A stretch of 64,000 nucleotides of DNA from Eubacteriales bacterium (GCA_045595365.1 JAZOAI010000011.1:12706-76705), one strand, 5' to 3'. Positions 1 to 10,292 are shown, counted from the first letter of the stretch. The notes: generated by a model not told the origin, from the sequence alone. Made by a program: numbers and translations.

Positions 1-1116
1 TTTTTTTGCGAGCGCTTCAACAAACTCGGCAAGCTTTTCGGATGAATCGGGCTTTGCAAGCTTTAAAAGCTCTGATTTGATAAGCTGAAGTCTGTCCGGT
101 TGGTTAAAGAGAAAATAAAGCGCCTCGTCTAACTTAAATGTTTTCGTAACTGCAAGGGCAAGCCCGCTGTTTAAAAAGAACTCCTGATTTCTTTCCTCCT
201 GGCCGGGAATGGGGTTTACAAAAATCATCGGAAGCTGCTTTGCCATAGCTTCTGTAGTGGTGAGCCCGCCGGGCTTTGTGATGATGCAGTCGGCTGCGTC
301 CATAAGCTCATCAACGTTATTTGTAAAACCGTATATCGAAACGTTTTCACCATACGACTCCGAAACGAGCTTGTTGTAAAGCTTTTTATTATTTCCGCAA
401 ACGGCAAGAACTCTGCAATTTTTATCAAAATTGAGAATCTCTGATATGATTTCGGGCATATTTCCATATCCCATGCTTCCTGCCATAACGAGAATCACCT
501 TCTCGGTGGTCGAAATATTAAGCTCTCTCCGAATCTCCTCGCGGTCTCGCTTTTCTGAAAACTTCTTCTGGATAGGAATTCCAAAGGGGAGAAGGCGCTC
601 ACTTGAAATCCCTTTGAGGTTTGCCCTTTGCGCGAGAAGCTCACTTGCAATTTCAATGTATTCGATGTTTGTGACATCTTCCCAGAACGGATGTATTGTG
701 TAATCGGTCACGATTCCGATTGTCGGAACAAGAGAAAGCCTCCCGCGACGCTTGAGTTCATTTATAACCTGCGCTGCGAAAACGTGCGTGCAGATGATCA
801 CATCCGGGTCAAATTTCTCAATGAATTTCTCAAAGCGTATTGCGAGTAGGATACCCATAATGCTGCGGAGAGAATACTTTGTCGCAGGGGCTGTTTTTGA
901 GTCGATAAGCTCATAGATTGCCCGATAGGCTTTTGGCGTGTGCTTTGTCGAGAGGAGATAACCCTTGTTAACGGCATCGCACAGGTTTTTATCAATCTGT
1001 TTATAGACATCAACAATTTTAACCTTTGCACCGCGCATCTCAAGAGCTTCCGATATGGACTTGGCTGCAGAGTGGTGCCCCTGGCCTGCGGTAATGCTCA
1101 AAATCATAACCTTCAT
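1..1116 (-). CDS. UgtP/MGDG-synthase-like diacylglycerol glycosyltransferase (GT28-type); C-terminus runs off the window
   Basis: Absent from the ORF track because there is no stop inside the window. Hand translation of the reverse strand from ATG (1116..1114) gives MKVMILSITAGQGHHSAAKSISEALEMRGAKVKIVDVYK...ITKPGGLTTTEAMAKQLPMIFVNPIPGQEERNQEF. The frame stays open for all 372 codons to position 1. The N-terminal G-rich loop and the PGG.T..E motif are typical of UgtP/MGDG synthases. Confidence 0.8.
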   Translation of the reverse strand, partial: MKVMILSITAGQGHHSAAKSISEALEMRGAKVKIVDVYKQIDKNLCDAVNKGYLLSTKHTPKAYRAIYELIDSKTAPATKYSLRSIMGILLAIRFEKFIEKFDPDVIICTHVFAAQVINELKRRGRLSLVPTIGIVTDYTIHPFWEDVTNIEYIEIASELLAQRANLKGISSERLLPFGIPIQKKFSEKRDREEIRRELNISTTEKVILVMAGSMGYGNMPEIISEILNFDKNCRVLAVCGNNKKLYNKLVSESYGENVSIYGFTNNVDELMDAADCIITKPGGLTTTEAMAKQLPMIFVNPIPGQEERNQEFFLNSGLALAVTKTFKLDEALYFLFNQPDRLQLIKSELLKLAKPDSSEKLAEFVEALAKK

Positions 1117-1180
1117 AGTGTGATACCATCCTTTGTGAGCTTTACCTAATAATAATACTTTTTTTAGAATATATCAAGAG

Positions 1181-1453
1181 TCAGTTTTCAAAATCCCCCT
1201 GCAAATATCGTTCATATTCGGACAGAACAGCCCGCTCTATTTTTTCACGCAGCTCGTGCTTTGTTGGGTGGACAATATCGCTGTAGCTTCCGTTGGGGAG
1301 GCGGCGAGACGGCATGGCAAGAAACATTTTGTCATAGCCTGAAATAACTTTTATGTCGTGAATGACGAGCTCGTTATCGAAAGTAACCGAAACTATTGCG
1401 CGCATTTTTGACTCATCCGAGAGCTTGCGGATTTTGATGTCTGTTATTTCCAT
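1181..1453 (-). CDS. spoVG: Septation/sporulation regulator SpoVG
   Basis: The 90 aa product MEITDIKIRKL...MRAIVSVTFDNELVIHDIKVI...MPSRR is the characteristic SpoVG sequence. Confidence 0.95.
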   Translation of the reverse strand: MEITDIKIRKLSDESKMRAIVSVTFDNELVIHDIKVISGYDKMFLAMPSRRLPNGSYSDIVHPTKHELREKIERAVLSEYERYLQGDFEN

Positions 1454-1584
1454 GTTAAATTCTCCTAACTGTTTTTTTGTTTATGCTGGACTTTTTATTG
1501 GAAAAATAATATAATATAGTTTAACCGCAGTATAATTAAAATACACGCATTTAAAAAGTTTATTTTGATTGGAGAAAAAGCTTT

Positions 1585-2961
1585 ATGCAGGGAAAAAAGC
1601 AGAACCTTCTGTCTGATACAAAAAAGATAATCCACCTTGTCGGAATCGGCGGCGTTTCGATGAGTGCGCTTGCTCAGGCGATTGCATCGCGAGGGGTGAC
1701 GGTTCGCGGGTCGGATATGAATAACGGGGTGTATGCAGAACGTCTGCGTGCGCTCGGCATAATAGTTTTTAAGGGGCACGATGCTTCAAATGTATGCGGT
1801 GCGGATGTTGTGATTCGGACTTCTGCTATTCACGACGACAACCCTGAAATTATAAAGGCTCGTGAGCTTGGGCTTCCCATTCTTGAAAGGGCAGAGGCGT
1901 GGGGAATTCTTATGGAAGAGTTTCCTGAGGTAGTCTGCGTTTCGGGAACTCACGGCAAAACCTCGACAACTGCGATGATAACCTGCATTTCTCTTGCCGC
2001 AGATCGCGACCCCGAGGTTATGATAGGTGCCGATATGCGCGAAATAGGCGGGGTTGTCCGTCTTTCGGACGGGGACCTGTTCATAGCTGAGGCGTGTGAA
2101 TACTGCAATTCTTTCTTGAACTTTCACCCCACAATCTCAGTGGTTCTCAATATCGAAGAAGACCACCTCGATTTCTTTTCGGGGATTGACGATATTATAA
2201 ATTCCTTTTCAAAATTTATTCAGAATACCAAAACGGGTGGAGTTGTTGTCGCAAACGGAGATGATAAGAACGTCATAGAAGCTGTTTCTCGAGCAGGCAG
2301 AAAGGCGATAACCTTCGGGCTTTCTGAAAAATGCGATGTTACGGCAAAAAATTTAACCTATGATAACGGCTTTCCGTCATTTGAAATTATTTCAAACGGG
2401 GAGAAGGTGTGCGATGTCCGGCTCTCTGTTCTTGGTGAGCATAATGTGAAAAATGCTTTGGCAGCGGCAGCTGCTGCGCTCTCAATGGGGGTTTCTCCCG
2501 ATGTGATTTCCCGCGCTCTTGCCGCATTTACCGGCGTTGGGAGAAGAATGGAGTATAAAGGCGAGTTTCGCGGTGCGCGCGTGTATGATGACTATGCTCA
2601 TCATCCGAGCGAGGTAGAAACGACGCTTCGCGCGGTCCGCCGTGCTCATGCAGGGAGAATTATCTGTATCTTCCAACCGCATACCTACACAAGAACCGCT
2701 GCACTTAAGGATGATTTTGCCCGCGCTCTTTCTCTTGCCGACAGGGTTATTCTTGCTGATATTTTTGCGGCGCGCGAGAAAAACGAGATAGGGATAGACT
2801 CTTCTGCCATTTCCAAGCAAATAGAAAATGCGCAGTATATCGGGGCTTTTAGCGATATCGTTGATGAGCTTGCGAAAACAGTTTGTGAAAATGATTTTGT
2901 TCTTACAATGGGGGCTGGAGATATATATAAGGTCGGGGAGCGTCTCTGCGAAAAGAAGTAA
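1585..2961 (+). CDS. murC: UDP-N-acetylmuramate--L-alanine ligase
   Basis: 458 aa with HLVGIGGVSMSALA at the N-terminus, the GTHGKTSTT P-loop and the Mur ligase middle and C-terminal domains. Confidence 0.95.
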   Translation: MQGKKQNLLSDTKKIIHLVGIGGVSMSALAQAIASRGVTVRGSDMNNGVYAERLRALGIIVFKGHDASNVCGADVVIRTSAIHDDNPEIIKARELGLPILERAEAWGILMEEFPEVVCVSGTHGKTSTTAMITCISLAADRDPEVMIGADMREIGGVVRLSDGDLFIAEACEYCNSFLNFHPTISVVLNIEEDHLDFFSGIDDIINSFSKFIQNTKTGGVVVANGDDKNVIEAVSRAGRKAITFGLSEKCDVTAKNLTYDNGFPSFEIISNGEKVCDVRLSVLGEHNVKNALAAAAAALSMGVSPDVISRALAAFTGVGRRMEYKGEFRGARVYDDYAHHPSEVETTLRAVRRAHAGRIICIFQPHTYTRTAALKDDFARALSLADRVILADIFAAREKNEIGIDSSAISKQIENAQYIGAFSDIVDELAKTVCENDFVLTMGAGDIYKVGERLCEKK

Positions 2962-2965
2962 GTGG

Positions 2966-3766
2966 GTGAAAATAGTGAAGGAAAACGCAATAAAATTCCT
3001 ATATGCGATAGATTGCTATCTGCTCTATGTTCTGTCCGGAGTGGTCTCGACTTTGGCGGTTGTAGCATACTATAGCCTCACTGCGGCGAAAAACATCGGT
3101 GGGTTCGGTGAGAAGATTGATGCAAACTCCTTTTCGGAGTATATTTCCGGGCTCCTTTCGGGAAAGGCATCCTTCATACTTTTGCTTTCATATGTTCTGG
3201 TCTTGCTTGTTGTGGCAGGTGTGTTTTTCTTCAGAAAAAGCAGTATGCCGGCATATACAGGGCTATCCTACTGCAGGCCTTTAAGCTTTGTTGGCGCGGT
3301 TCTTCTTGGGGTTTTATTGAATTTGCTTATTTCTTCGCTCATCCCGGTAACAGATGCCAAGCCTGTTGAGATTACGCTCGTTCTCATATTATGCGTAATT
3401 TTTGGGCCGTTTGTTGAAGAACTCATGTTCAGAGGAATTCTTCTCAAGATGTTCGGTGCGGCGGTAGGAGTCATTTTTTCCATAGTTATCACATCGCTCT
3501 TATTTGCAGTTTCGCACGGGAACCTTTCGCAGGCGTGGTATACATTGATTCTCGGCCTTCTTCTCGGGGTTGTCAGATATAAAAGCACGAGCCTCTGGAG
3601 TGCAATAGCGCTTCATACCGCATTTAACATAACGGGGGCAATAATCAGTTTAAGAAGCTTTGAGTTTTCTGTTTTTGAGTGTGCCGTTATCTCGGGGCTT
3701 TCTCTTGTGTCTTTTTTTCTTGCGTGTTCCGGTGGGCGAAAATTTGAGCGAAAAAAGAAAACATAA
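2966..3766 (+). CDS. CPBP (CAAX-protease-like) intramembrane metalloprotease family protein
   Basis: Multi-TM protein with the motifs FVEELMFRG, FAVSHG and ALHTAFN. The ORF-track start at 2828 overlaps the murC 3' end. GTG at 2966 (or 2975), just after the murC stop, is more plausible, but the start is uncertain. Confidence 0.75.
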   Translation: MKIVKENAIKFLYAIDCYLLYVLSGVVSTLAVVAYYSLTAAKNIGGFGEKIDANSFSEYISGLLSGKASFILLLSYVLVLLVVAGVFFFRKSSMPAYTGLSYCRPLSFVGAVLLGVLLNLLISSLIPVTDAKPVEITLVLILCVIFGPFVEELMFRGILLKMFGAAVGVIFSIVITSLLFAVSHGNLSQAWYTLILGLLLGVVRYKSTSLWSAIALHTAFNITGAIISLRSFEFSVFECAVISGLSLVSFFLACSGGRKFERKKKT

Positions 3767-3837
3767 CGAAGAAAAATTCTTAGTTTTCTAAAAGCTTTTT
3801 TTTACGGTTTTAAGCTGTCGAAAAATGGCTTTTTTCC

Positions 3838-3867
3838 TTGACACCAAAGTGGTGTTTATGGTATACT
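3838..3867 (+). promoter_or_regulatory. Sigma-A-type promoter of the pur operon
   Basis: TTGACA at 3838-3843, an 18 nt spacer and an extended -10, TGgTATACT, at 3859-3867. It lies about 25 nt upstream of the riboswitch P1 stem. Confidence 0.65.
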
Positions 3868-3892
3868 TATCTTGTTTAATATTGTTTGCTTT

Positions 3893-3976
3893 CTGCGACT
3901 GACGGATTTGTGGAGCACCACGTGAAGCAGAAAACTCCCGGGGGTTATTTTCCCCGCTTAGCCGACCGTCTGGGCA
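3893..3976 (+). promoter_or_regulatory. ZTP (pfl-motif) riboswitch aptamer
   Basis: CUGCGACUGACGGAUUUGUGGAGCACCACGUGAAGCAG forms P1 (CUGC/GCAG) and the hairpin GUGG-agca-CCAC. A variable linker with hairpin CGGGGG/CCCCG follows, then the 3' element CCGACCGUCUGGGCA. The pseudoknot pair GACGG (3901-3905)/CCGUC (3966-3970) covaries relative to the remembered consensus GGCG/CGCC. Its position upstream of purine and folate genes fits the class. Confidence 0.75.
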
Positions 3977-4014
3977 CATTTAACTCCTTCCTTGAGTTAA
4001 GTGCGCCCTTTTTT
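3972..4014 (+). terminator. Intrinsic terminator forming the riboswitch expression platform
   Basis: GGGCACATTTAACTC (3972-3986) pairs with GAGTTAAGTGCGCCC (3994-4008), followed by TTTTTT. The 5' arm overlaps the aptamer GGGCA, so an ON-switch architecture is expected. Confidence 0.7.
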
Positions 4015-4045
4015 ATTGTTTATAAAATTCAGGAGGTTGATGTCA

Positions 4046-4540
4046 ATGAAAAAAGTTGGAATTGTTATGGGCAGCGACAGCGATTTGCCGATTATCAAAA
4101 AAGCGACGGATATGCTTGAATCTTTAGAAATTCCGTTTGAGGTTCACGTCTACTCCGCCCACAGAACTCCCGAGGAGGCGCGTGCATTCGCAGTTTCCGC
4201 GAGAGAGAAGGGTTTTGGTGTTATTATTGCGGCGGCCGGGATGGCGGCGCACCTTGCAGGTGCAGTTGCGGCCAACACCACACTTCCTGTTATAGGTATT
4301 CCGTGCAAGTCTTCAAACCTTGATGGGTTGGATGCGCTTCTCTCAACAGTTCAGATGCCGTCAGGGATTCCTGTTGCAACAGTAGCTATCAACGGCGGCG
4401 CCAATGCGGCGCTTCTTGCAGCGCAGATTCTCGCGGTTGAAGATAAAGACCTTGCAGAAAAGCTTGATGCAAAACGTAAATCTGATGCCGCGGCGGTTCT
4501 TGAAAAGGATTTGAAAATATCTGAAGAATTTTGTAAATAA
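4046..4540 (+). CDS. purE: 5-(carboxyamino)imidazole ribonucleotide mutase (class I-like PurE)
   Basis: [15 protein letters not shown]...[26 protein letters not shown] at 4031-4036 lies 9 nt before ATG 4046. The track start at 4001 falls inside the terminator. Confidence 0.93.
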   Translation: MKKVGIVMGSDSDLPIIKKATDMLESLEIPFEVHVYSAHRTPEEARAFAVSAREKGFGVIIAAAGMAAHLAGAVAANTTLPVIGIPCKSSNLDGLDALLSTVQMPSGIPVATVAINGGANAALLAAQILAVEDKDLAEKLDAKRKSDAAAVLEKDLKISEEFCK

Positions 4541-4559
4541 TTTTAGGAGGAAATATAAA

Positions 4560-5270
4560 ATGGAAAAGAAAGAAATGCTTTACGAAGGAAAGGCAAAAAG
4601 AGTTTATGCGACAGATAACAGCGAGGTTCTCCTTGTAGACTACAAGGACGACGCCACTGCATTTAACGGCCTTAAGAAGGGGACAATCTCAGGTAAAGGC
4701 GCGATAAACAACAGAGTGACAAACTTTATGATGCAGCTTCTCGAAAAGGAGGGCGTTCCCACTCATTTCGTCAAAGAGCTTTCAGAGCGTGAGACGCTTG
4801 TAAAGAAGGTCTCCATCGTTCCGCTTGAAGTAATCATCAGAAATATTTCCGCAGGCTCCTTTGCAAAGCGCTACGGCGTTGAAGAGGGCATTGTTTTTGA
4901 TGAGCCGACAATCGAGTTTTCTTATAAGAACGACGACCTCGGCGACCCGCTCATCAATGACTATCACGCTTTGGCTCTTAAGGTAGCAACAAAGGAAGAA
5001 ATCGAAACAATTAAAAATATGGCGTTCAAAGTAAACGAGGTTATGAAGAATTTCTTCAAGAAACTCAATGTTGACCTTGTTGACTTTAAGCTTGAGTTTG
5101 GCAAAGTTGCAGACGGGACAATCGTTCTTGCTGACGAAATCTCTCCCGATACTTGTCGCTTCTGGGACAGCACAACCCACGAAAAGCTCGACAAAGACCG
5201 TTTCCGCCGCGACCTCGGAAATGTTGAGGATGCGTATCAGGAAATGATGAAGAGAATTCTCGGCGAATAA
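4560..5270 (+). CDS. purC: SAICAR synthase
   Basis: 236 aa with [10 protein letters not shown]...LVDFKLEFG...[10 protein letters not shown]. Confidence 0.95.
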   Translation: MEKKEMLYEGKAKRVYATDNSEVLLVDYKDDATAFNGLKKGTISGKGAINNRVTNFMMQLLEKEGVPTHFVKELSERETLVKKVSIVPLEVIIRNISAGSFAKRYGVEEGIVFDEPTIEFSYKNDDLGDPLINDYHALALKVATKEEIETIKNMAFKVNEVMKNFFKKLNVDLVDFKLEFGKVADGTIVLADEISPDTCRFWDSTTHEKLDKDRFRRDLGNVEDAYQEMMKRILGE

Positions 5271-5285
5271 TAGGGAGGTTCAGAT

Positions 5286-6710
5286 ATGGGGGGCTTTTTC
5301 GGAGCAGTCTGCCGAAACGATGCTCTGAGCGATGTTTTCTTCGGTACGGACTACCACTCGCACCTTGGTACCCGCCGTGCAGGTATTGCGGCATATGACG
5401 AAGAAATCGGGCTTCAGAGAGAAATACACAACATTCAGAACTCACCCTTCCGGACAAAGTTTGAACACGTTTTTGAGGATATGTGCGGGACATCTGCAAT
5501 CGGTTGTATCAGTGATTACGACCCTCAACCCTTGCTTATCCGCTCAAAGCTCGGGACATATGCAATCTGCGTGATAGGTATGATAAATAACGCAAAAGAG
5601 CTTATTGACCATTATTTATCCTCTGTCGGCGGCCATTTTGATGCGATGACGAGTGGCGGAGTGAATTCTACGGAGCTAGTTGCGGCGCTTATCAATCAGA
5701 AGAACGACTTTGTTGAGGGTATCCAATTTGCCCAAAAAGAAATTGACGGCACCGCTTCCATCCTTATCCTTAAGGACAACGGGGCAATAGTTGCAGCTCG
5801 TGACCGCCTGGGCAGAATTCCGGTTATGGTAGGCAAGGGCGATGATGGCTACTGCGTTTCCTTTGAAGAATTTGCATATACCAAGCTCGGCTATGAAACT
5901 GAAAAAGAACTCGGCCCGGGAGAAATCGTTGAGGTTTCAGCCGATGGGGTTTTGCAGCTTGCAAAGCCGGGGGATGAAATGCGCATGTGTTCCTTCCTCT
6001 GGAGCTATTACGGCTATCCCACGTCTACATACGAGGGCGTCAATGTTGAGGTTATGCGTTATCGCAACGGAAAAATTATGGCGCGCAACGACGAGGAGCT
6101 TGGAAAGCTTTCAGATATTGACTACGTAGGTGGTGTTCCGGATTCGGGGACCCCCCACGCTATCGGATATGCAAATGAAACAGGTCTTCCGTTTGCAAGA
6201 GCGTTTATAAAATACACGCCCACCTGGTCTCGAAGCTTTATTCCGAGCGCTCAGAAGGAGCGCCAGAAGGTTGCTAAGATGAAGCAGATTCCCGTGCATG
6301 AACTTATTAAGGACAAGAAACTCCTTTTTGTTGATGACTCAATCGTGCGAGGGACACAGCTTCGCGAAACAGTAGAGTTTCTGTACGACAACGGCGCAAA
6401 AGAGGTTCATATGCGCTCAGCCTGCCCGCCTATTATGTACGGCTGCAAATACTTAAACTTCTCCCGCGCCACTGATGATATGGAGCTTATTGCGCGGCGG
6501 CTTATTATGGAGCTTGAGGGAGAAGACGGGTTTAACTACCTTGAAGAATACAGCGACTCTTCCACAGAGCGCGGCAAAAAGCTCAGAGAGAAGCTTTGTG
6601 AAGAGCTTCACCTCGCATCCATCGAATTCCAGTCCCTTGAGGGGGTAATTGAGGCTATAGGTCTTTCACCGTGTAAGCTTTGCACATATTGTTGGAATGG
6701 AAAGGAATAG
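5286..6710 (+). CDS. purF: Amidophosphoribosyltransferase homologue, divergent N-terminus (MGGFFG, no Cys at position 2)
   Basis: 474 aa with a GATase-II-like N-domain and a PRTase C-domain ([13 protein letters not shown]). It occupies the purF position in the operon. In-frame stops lie immediately upstream, so no N-terminal extension is possible. Confidence 0.85.
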   Translation: MGGFFGAVCRNDALSDVFFGTDYHSHLGTRRAGIAAYDEEIGLQREIHNIQNSPFRTKFEHVFEDMCGTSAIGCISDYDPQPLLIRSKLGTYAICVIGMINNAKELIDHYLSSVGGHFDAMTSGGVNSTELVAALINQKNDFVEGIQFAQKEIDGTASILILKDNGAIVAARDRLGRIPVMVGKGDDGYCVSFEEFAYTKLGYETEKELGPGEIVEVSADGVLQLAKPGDEMRMCSFLWSYYGYPTSTYEGVNVEVMRYRNGKIMARNDEELGKLSDIDYVGGVPDSGTPHAIGYANETGLPFARAFIKYTPTWSRSFIPSAQKERQKVAKMKQIPVHELIKDKKLLFVDDSIVRGTQLRETVEFLYDNGAKEVHMRSACPPIMYGCKYLNFSRATDDMELIARRLIMELEGEDGFNYLEEYSDSSTERGKKLREKLCEELHLASIEFQSLEGVIEAIGLSPCKLCTYCWNGKE

Positions 6711-6715
6711 AAATT

Positions 6716-7756
6716 ATGAATATGCAATCAAAATCAGACAGCTATGCAGCAGCAGGAGTTGATATTACTGCGGGGTATCGCGCAGTCGAGCTTATGAAGC
6801 AGCATATAGCAAAAACGATGACAAGCGGAGTATGCTCTGATGTCGGCGGCTTTGGCGGGCTCTTTGAGCTTGACGTTACCGGTATGACAAAGCCTGTTCT
6901 TGTAAGCGGAACTGACGGAGTTGGAACAAAATTGAAGCTTGCATTTCTGATGGATAAGCACGATACCGTCGGAATAGACTGCGTTGCGATGTGTGTAAAC
7001 GATATTATATGCAGCGGCGCACGCCCGCTTTTCTTCCTTGACTATATCGCATGCGGAAAGAATATCCCCGAGAGAATCGCCGATATCGTTAAGGGTGTTT
7101 GTGAAGGCTGCGTTCAGTCAGGGGCTGCTCTCATTGGCGGAGAGACTGCAGAAATGCCGGGATTTTATCCGGTTGACGAATACGACCTTGCAGGATACTG
7201 CACAGGCGTTGTTGACAAATCCAAAATCATTGACAACAAAACCATGGCCGAGGGCGACGTTGTTATTGCGCTTGCTTCAAGCGGCGTTCATTCAAACGGC
7301 TTCTCCCTTGTCCGCAAGGTTTTTGATGTTGAAAACAGCGACATCAAAGCCCCGCGTGAAGAGCTTTCGGGAAAGTCAATAGGTGAAACCCTTTTGACTC
7401 CGACGAAGATTTATGTCAAATCAATCCTTGCTCTTCTTGAGAAGGTTACGGTTAAGGGAATTTCCCACATTACCGGCGGCGGATTCTACGAGAATATTCC
7501 GCGAAGCATCCCCGAGGGTCTCGGTGCGAAGATTGACAAATCAAAAGTCAAGATTCTCCCGATTTTTGACCTCATCGCAAAGACGGGCAACATCAGCGAG
7601 CGTGATATGTTCAACACCTTCAATATGGGCGTCGGCATGAGTGTTGTCGTGAAAGCCGAAGATGCAGAGAAAGCACTTTCAATTCTTTCTGAAAATGGCG
7701 AGGATGCATACATAATTGGAGAAATTATCAAGTCCGATGAAAAGGTGATTTTATGA
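6716..7756 (+). CDS. purM: AIR synthase (phosphoribosylformylglycinamidine cyclo-ligase)
   Basis: YAAAGVDI...GGFGGLF...[11 protein letters not shown] 6716 follows the purF stop at 6710. The track start at 6680 overlaps purF. Confidence 0.95.
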   Translation: MNMQSKSDSYAAAGVDITAGYRAVELMKQHIAKTMTSGVCSDVGGFGGLFELDVTGMTKPVLVSGTDGVGTKLKLAFLMDKHDTVGIDCVAMCVNDIICSGARPLFFLDYIACGKNIPERIADIVKGVCEGCVQSGAALIGGETAEMPGFYPVDEYDLAGYCTGVVDKSKIIDNKTMAEGDVVIALASSGVHSNGFSLVRKVFDVENSDIKAPREELSGKSIGETLLTPTKIYVKSILALLEKVTVKGISHITGGGFYENIPRSIPEGLGAKIDKSKVKILPIFDLIAKTGNISERDMFNTFNMGVGMSVVVKAEDAEKALSILSENGEDAYIIGEIIKSDEKVIL

Positions 7757-8358
7757 AACCTGCAAAAATAGCAGTTCTGGTATCGGGCGGGGGGACAAAC
7801 CTTCAGGCGCTTATTGATGCCGAGAAAAAAGGAATACTGAAGAGCGGGAAGATTTCGCTTGTCATTTCAAATAAAGAAGGAGCATATGCACTTTCCAGGG
7901 CTGAGCGCGCGGGAATCAAAACCGCGGTTGTGTTAAAAAAATCTTTCCCGGGCGAAGGGGAGTTTGAAGGCGAACTCATCCGGATTCTCGATAATGAAAA
8001 AATTGACATTATCGTTCTAGCAGGGTTTATGGCAATCCTCGGTGAGAAGTTTACGAGCCACTACGTTAAGCGAATCATAAACGTTCATCCTTCTCTGATT
8101 CCTTCATTTTGCGGAAAAGGCTTTTACGGCCTCCGTGTTCACGAGGCTGCGCTTGACTACGGCGTTAAGGTAACCGGCGCGACGGTGCATTTTGTCAATG
8201 AGATTCCCGACGGCGGCGAGATTATTATGCAAAAGGCCGTTGCAATCCACGAGGGAGACACCCCGGAAACTCTCCAGAAGCGCGTTATGCGCCTTGCCGA
8301 GTGGAAGATACTTCCCGCAGCAGTTGAGAAGGTTTGTTATGAGAGAAACTCTATTTAA
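7753..8358 (+). CDS. purN: Phosphoribosylglycinamide formyltransferase
   Basis: 201 aa with [17 protein letters not shown]...[12 protein letters not shown]. There is a 4-nt overlap with purM. Confidence 0.95.
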   Translation: MKPAKIAVLVSGGGTNLQALIDAEKKGILKSGKISLVISNKEGAYALSRAERAGIKTAVVLKKSFPGEGEFEGELIRILDNEKIDIIVLAGFMAILGEKFTSHYVKRIINVHPSLIPSFCGKGFYGLRVHEAALDYGVKVTGATVHFVNEIPDGGEIIMQKAVAIHEGDTPETLQKRVMRLAEWKILPAAVEKVCYERNSI

Positions 8359-8373
8359 AAGGGAGCTTTAGAA

Positions 8374-9093
8374 ATGAATATTTACGAAATCAACAATATC
8401 GAAAAGCAGGTCAAAGGCAACTCTTATGTCGGGCGCGGCATAGTAATCGGCAAGAGTGCTGACGGCAAAAAGGCTTGTACTGCATATTTCATAATGGGCA
8501 GAAGCGCAAACAGCCGCAACAGAATCTTCACTGAGAAAAACGGAGAGGTTTTCACAGAGCCGTTTGATGCATCAAAGGTAGAAGACCCCAGCCTCATTAT
8601 CTACGCGGCAATCAGAAGCTTTGAGAATAAGCTTATAGTTACAAACGGAAACCAGACCGATACGGTTTATGACTTTGTCAAAGACGGCAAAGGCTTCTGC
8701 GAGGCGCTTAAGACCCGCGAATTTGAGCCGGATGCACCGAATTTCACTCCGAGAATAAGCGGGATGGCAACCTTCGCAGACGGCGATTTCGCATACGAAA
8801 TGAGCATCCTCAAGAGCATAGACGAAAAGGGTTCGGATTGCTGCCGTATGCACTTTGAATATCCGTCAGTTGCGGGGCTTGGCCACTTTATCCACACCTA
8901 TGTTTGTGATGGAAACCCCATCCCGACATTCTGTGGAGAGCCTGAGCGCGTTGCAATTCCGAACGATATTGACGAGTTTACGACCTCGCTCTGGAATGCA
9001 CTTGACGAAGAAAACAAAATTTCGCTCTATGTCCGCTACACTGACCTTGAAAGCGGAAAGTGCGAAAACAGAATGATAAACAAAAATAAGTAA
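8374..9093 (+). CDS. IMP cyclohydrolase, PurO-like (archaeal-type) family
   Basis: 239 aa with YVGRGIVIGKSADGK...YFIMGRSANSRNR, the signature I recall for the IMP_cyclohyd family. It sits immediately before the AICAR formyltransferase-only protein. Confidence 0.8.
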   Translation: MNIYEINNIEKQVKGNSYVGRGIVIGKSADGKKACTAYFIMGRSANSRNRIFTEKNGEVFTEPFDASKVEDPSLIIYAAIRSFENKLIVTNGNQTDTVYDFVKDGKGFCEALKTREFEPDAPNFTPRISGMATFADGDFAYEMSILKSIDEKGSDCCRMHFEYPSVAGLGHFIHTYVCDGNPIPTFCGEPERVAIPNDIDEFTTSLWNALDEENKISLYVRYTDLESGKCENRMINKNK

Positions 9094-9107
9094 GGAGAAA
9101 TTTACCG

Positions 9108-10292
9108 ATGAAGGAATTTGAACTGAAGTACGGATGTAATCCGAATCAGAAGCCGTCAAGAATTTTTATGGAAAACGGAGCCGACCTTCCGATTGAAATT
9201 TTGTCAGGTCGCCCGGGATACATCAATTTTCTTGATGCATTTAACGCATGGCAGCTTGTCCGTGAGCTTCGTGAAGCACTCGGGCTTCCCGCGGCCACAT
9301 CATTCAAGCATGTAAGCCCGACATCAGCTGCAGTAGGAATTCCTCTGTCGGATAAGCTTAAGAAAGCGTGCTTTGTTGACGATGTCGAAGGGCTTGACGA
9401 TTCTCTCCTCGCCTGCGCATATGCAAGAGCAAGAGGAACAGACAGAATGTGTTCCTTCGGAGACTGGGTTGCTCTTTCCGATGTTTGCGACGTCACAACC
9501 GCAAAGATGATTAAGCGCGAGGTGTCCGACGGTATCATAGCCCCCGGTTATGAGCCCGAAGCACTTGAAATTTTAAAGACAAAGCGCAAAGGTAACTACA
9601 ACATAGTCAAGATTGACCCCGACTATGTTCCCGCGGTCCGAGAGCGCAAGCAGGTATTTGGGATCACCTTTGAGCAGGGAAGAAACAATTTTGAAATCAA
9701 CCGAGAGCTTCTTTCGGATGTTGTTACAGCAAACAAAAACATTCCGGACGAAGCTGCGCGCGACCTTATAGTTGCTCTCATCACGCTTAAATACACGCAG
9801 TCCAACTCCGTTTGCTATGCGGTCGATGGTCAGGCGATAGGTGTCGGCGCAGGCCAGCAGTCAAGAATCCACTGCACTCGCCTTGCAGGAACAAAGGCAG
9901 ACACATGGTTCTTGCGCCAGCACGAAAAGGTCTTAAACCTTCCGTTCAAGGAGGATTTGGGGCGCCCTGACCGCGATAATGTAATTGACGGTTATATCAA
10001 CAAAAACGAAGAAGATGTCTGTGCTGACGGCGTCTGGGAGCGCTTCTTCACAAGAAAACCTGAGCCGTTTACAGCAGAGGAAATGCGTGAGTATCTTGAT
10101 TCGATTCACGGTGTTGCTCTCGGTTCTGATGCGTTCTTCCCGTTTGCAGATAACATTGACCGCGCAGCAATGAGTGGTGTAAGCTACATAGCCGAGCCGG
10201 GCGGTTCAATCAGAGATGACATAGTAATCGAATGCTGCAATAAGCACAATATTGCGATGGCGTTTACGGGTATGCGCCTGTTCCACCATTAA
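9108..10292 (+). CDS. purH: AICAR formyltransferase (PurH transformylase domain only, no MGS/cyclohydrolase domain)
   Basis: 394 aa with LKYGCNPNQKP...FKHVSPTSAAVG...AEPGGSIRDD. Confidence 0.88.
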   Translation: MKEFELKYGCNPNQKPSRIFMENGADLPIEILSGRPGYINFLDAFNAWQLVRELREALGLPAATSFKHVSPTSAAVGIPLSDKLKKACFVDDVEGLDDSLLACAYARARGTDRMCSFGDWVALSDVCDVTTAKMIKREVSDGIIAPGYEPEALEILKTKRKGNYNIVKIDPDYVPAVRERKQVFGITFEQGRNNFEINRELLSDVVTANKNIPDEAARDLIVALITLKYTQSNSVCYAVDGQAIGVGAGQQSRIHCTRLAGTKADTWFLRQHEKVLNLPFKEDLGRPDRDNVIDGYINKNEEDVCADGVWERFFTRKPEPFTAEEMREYLDSIHGVALGSDAFFPFADNIDRAAMSGVSYIAEPGGSIRDDIVIECCNKHNIAMAFTGMRLFHH

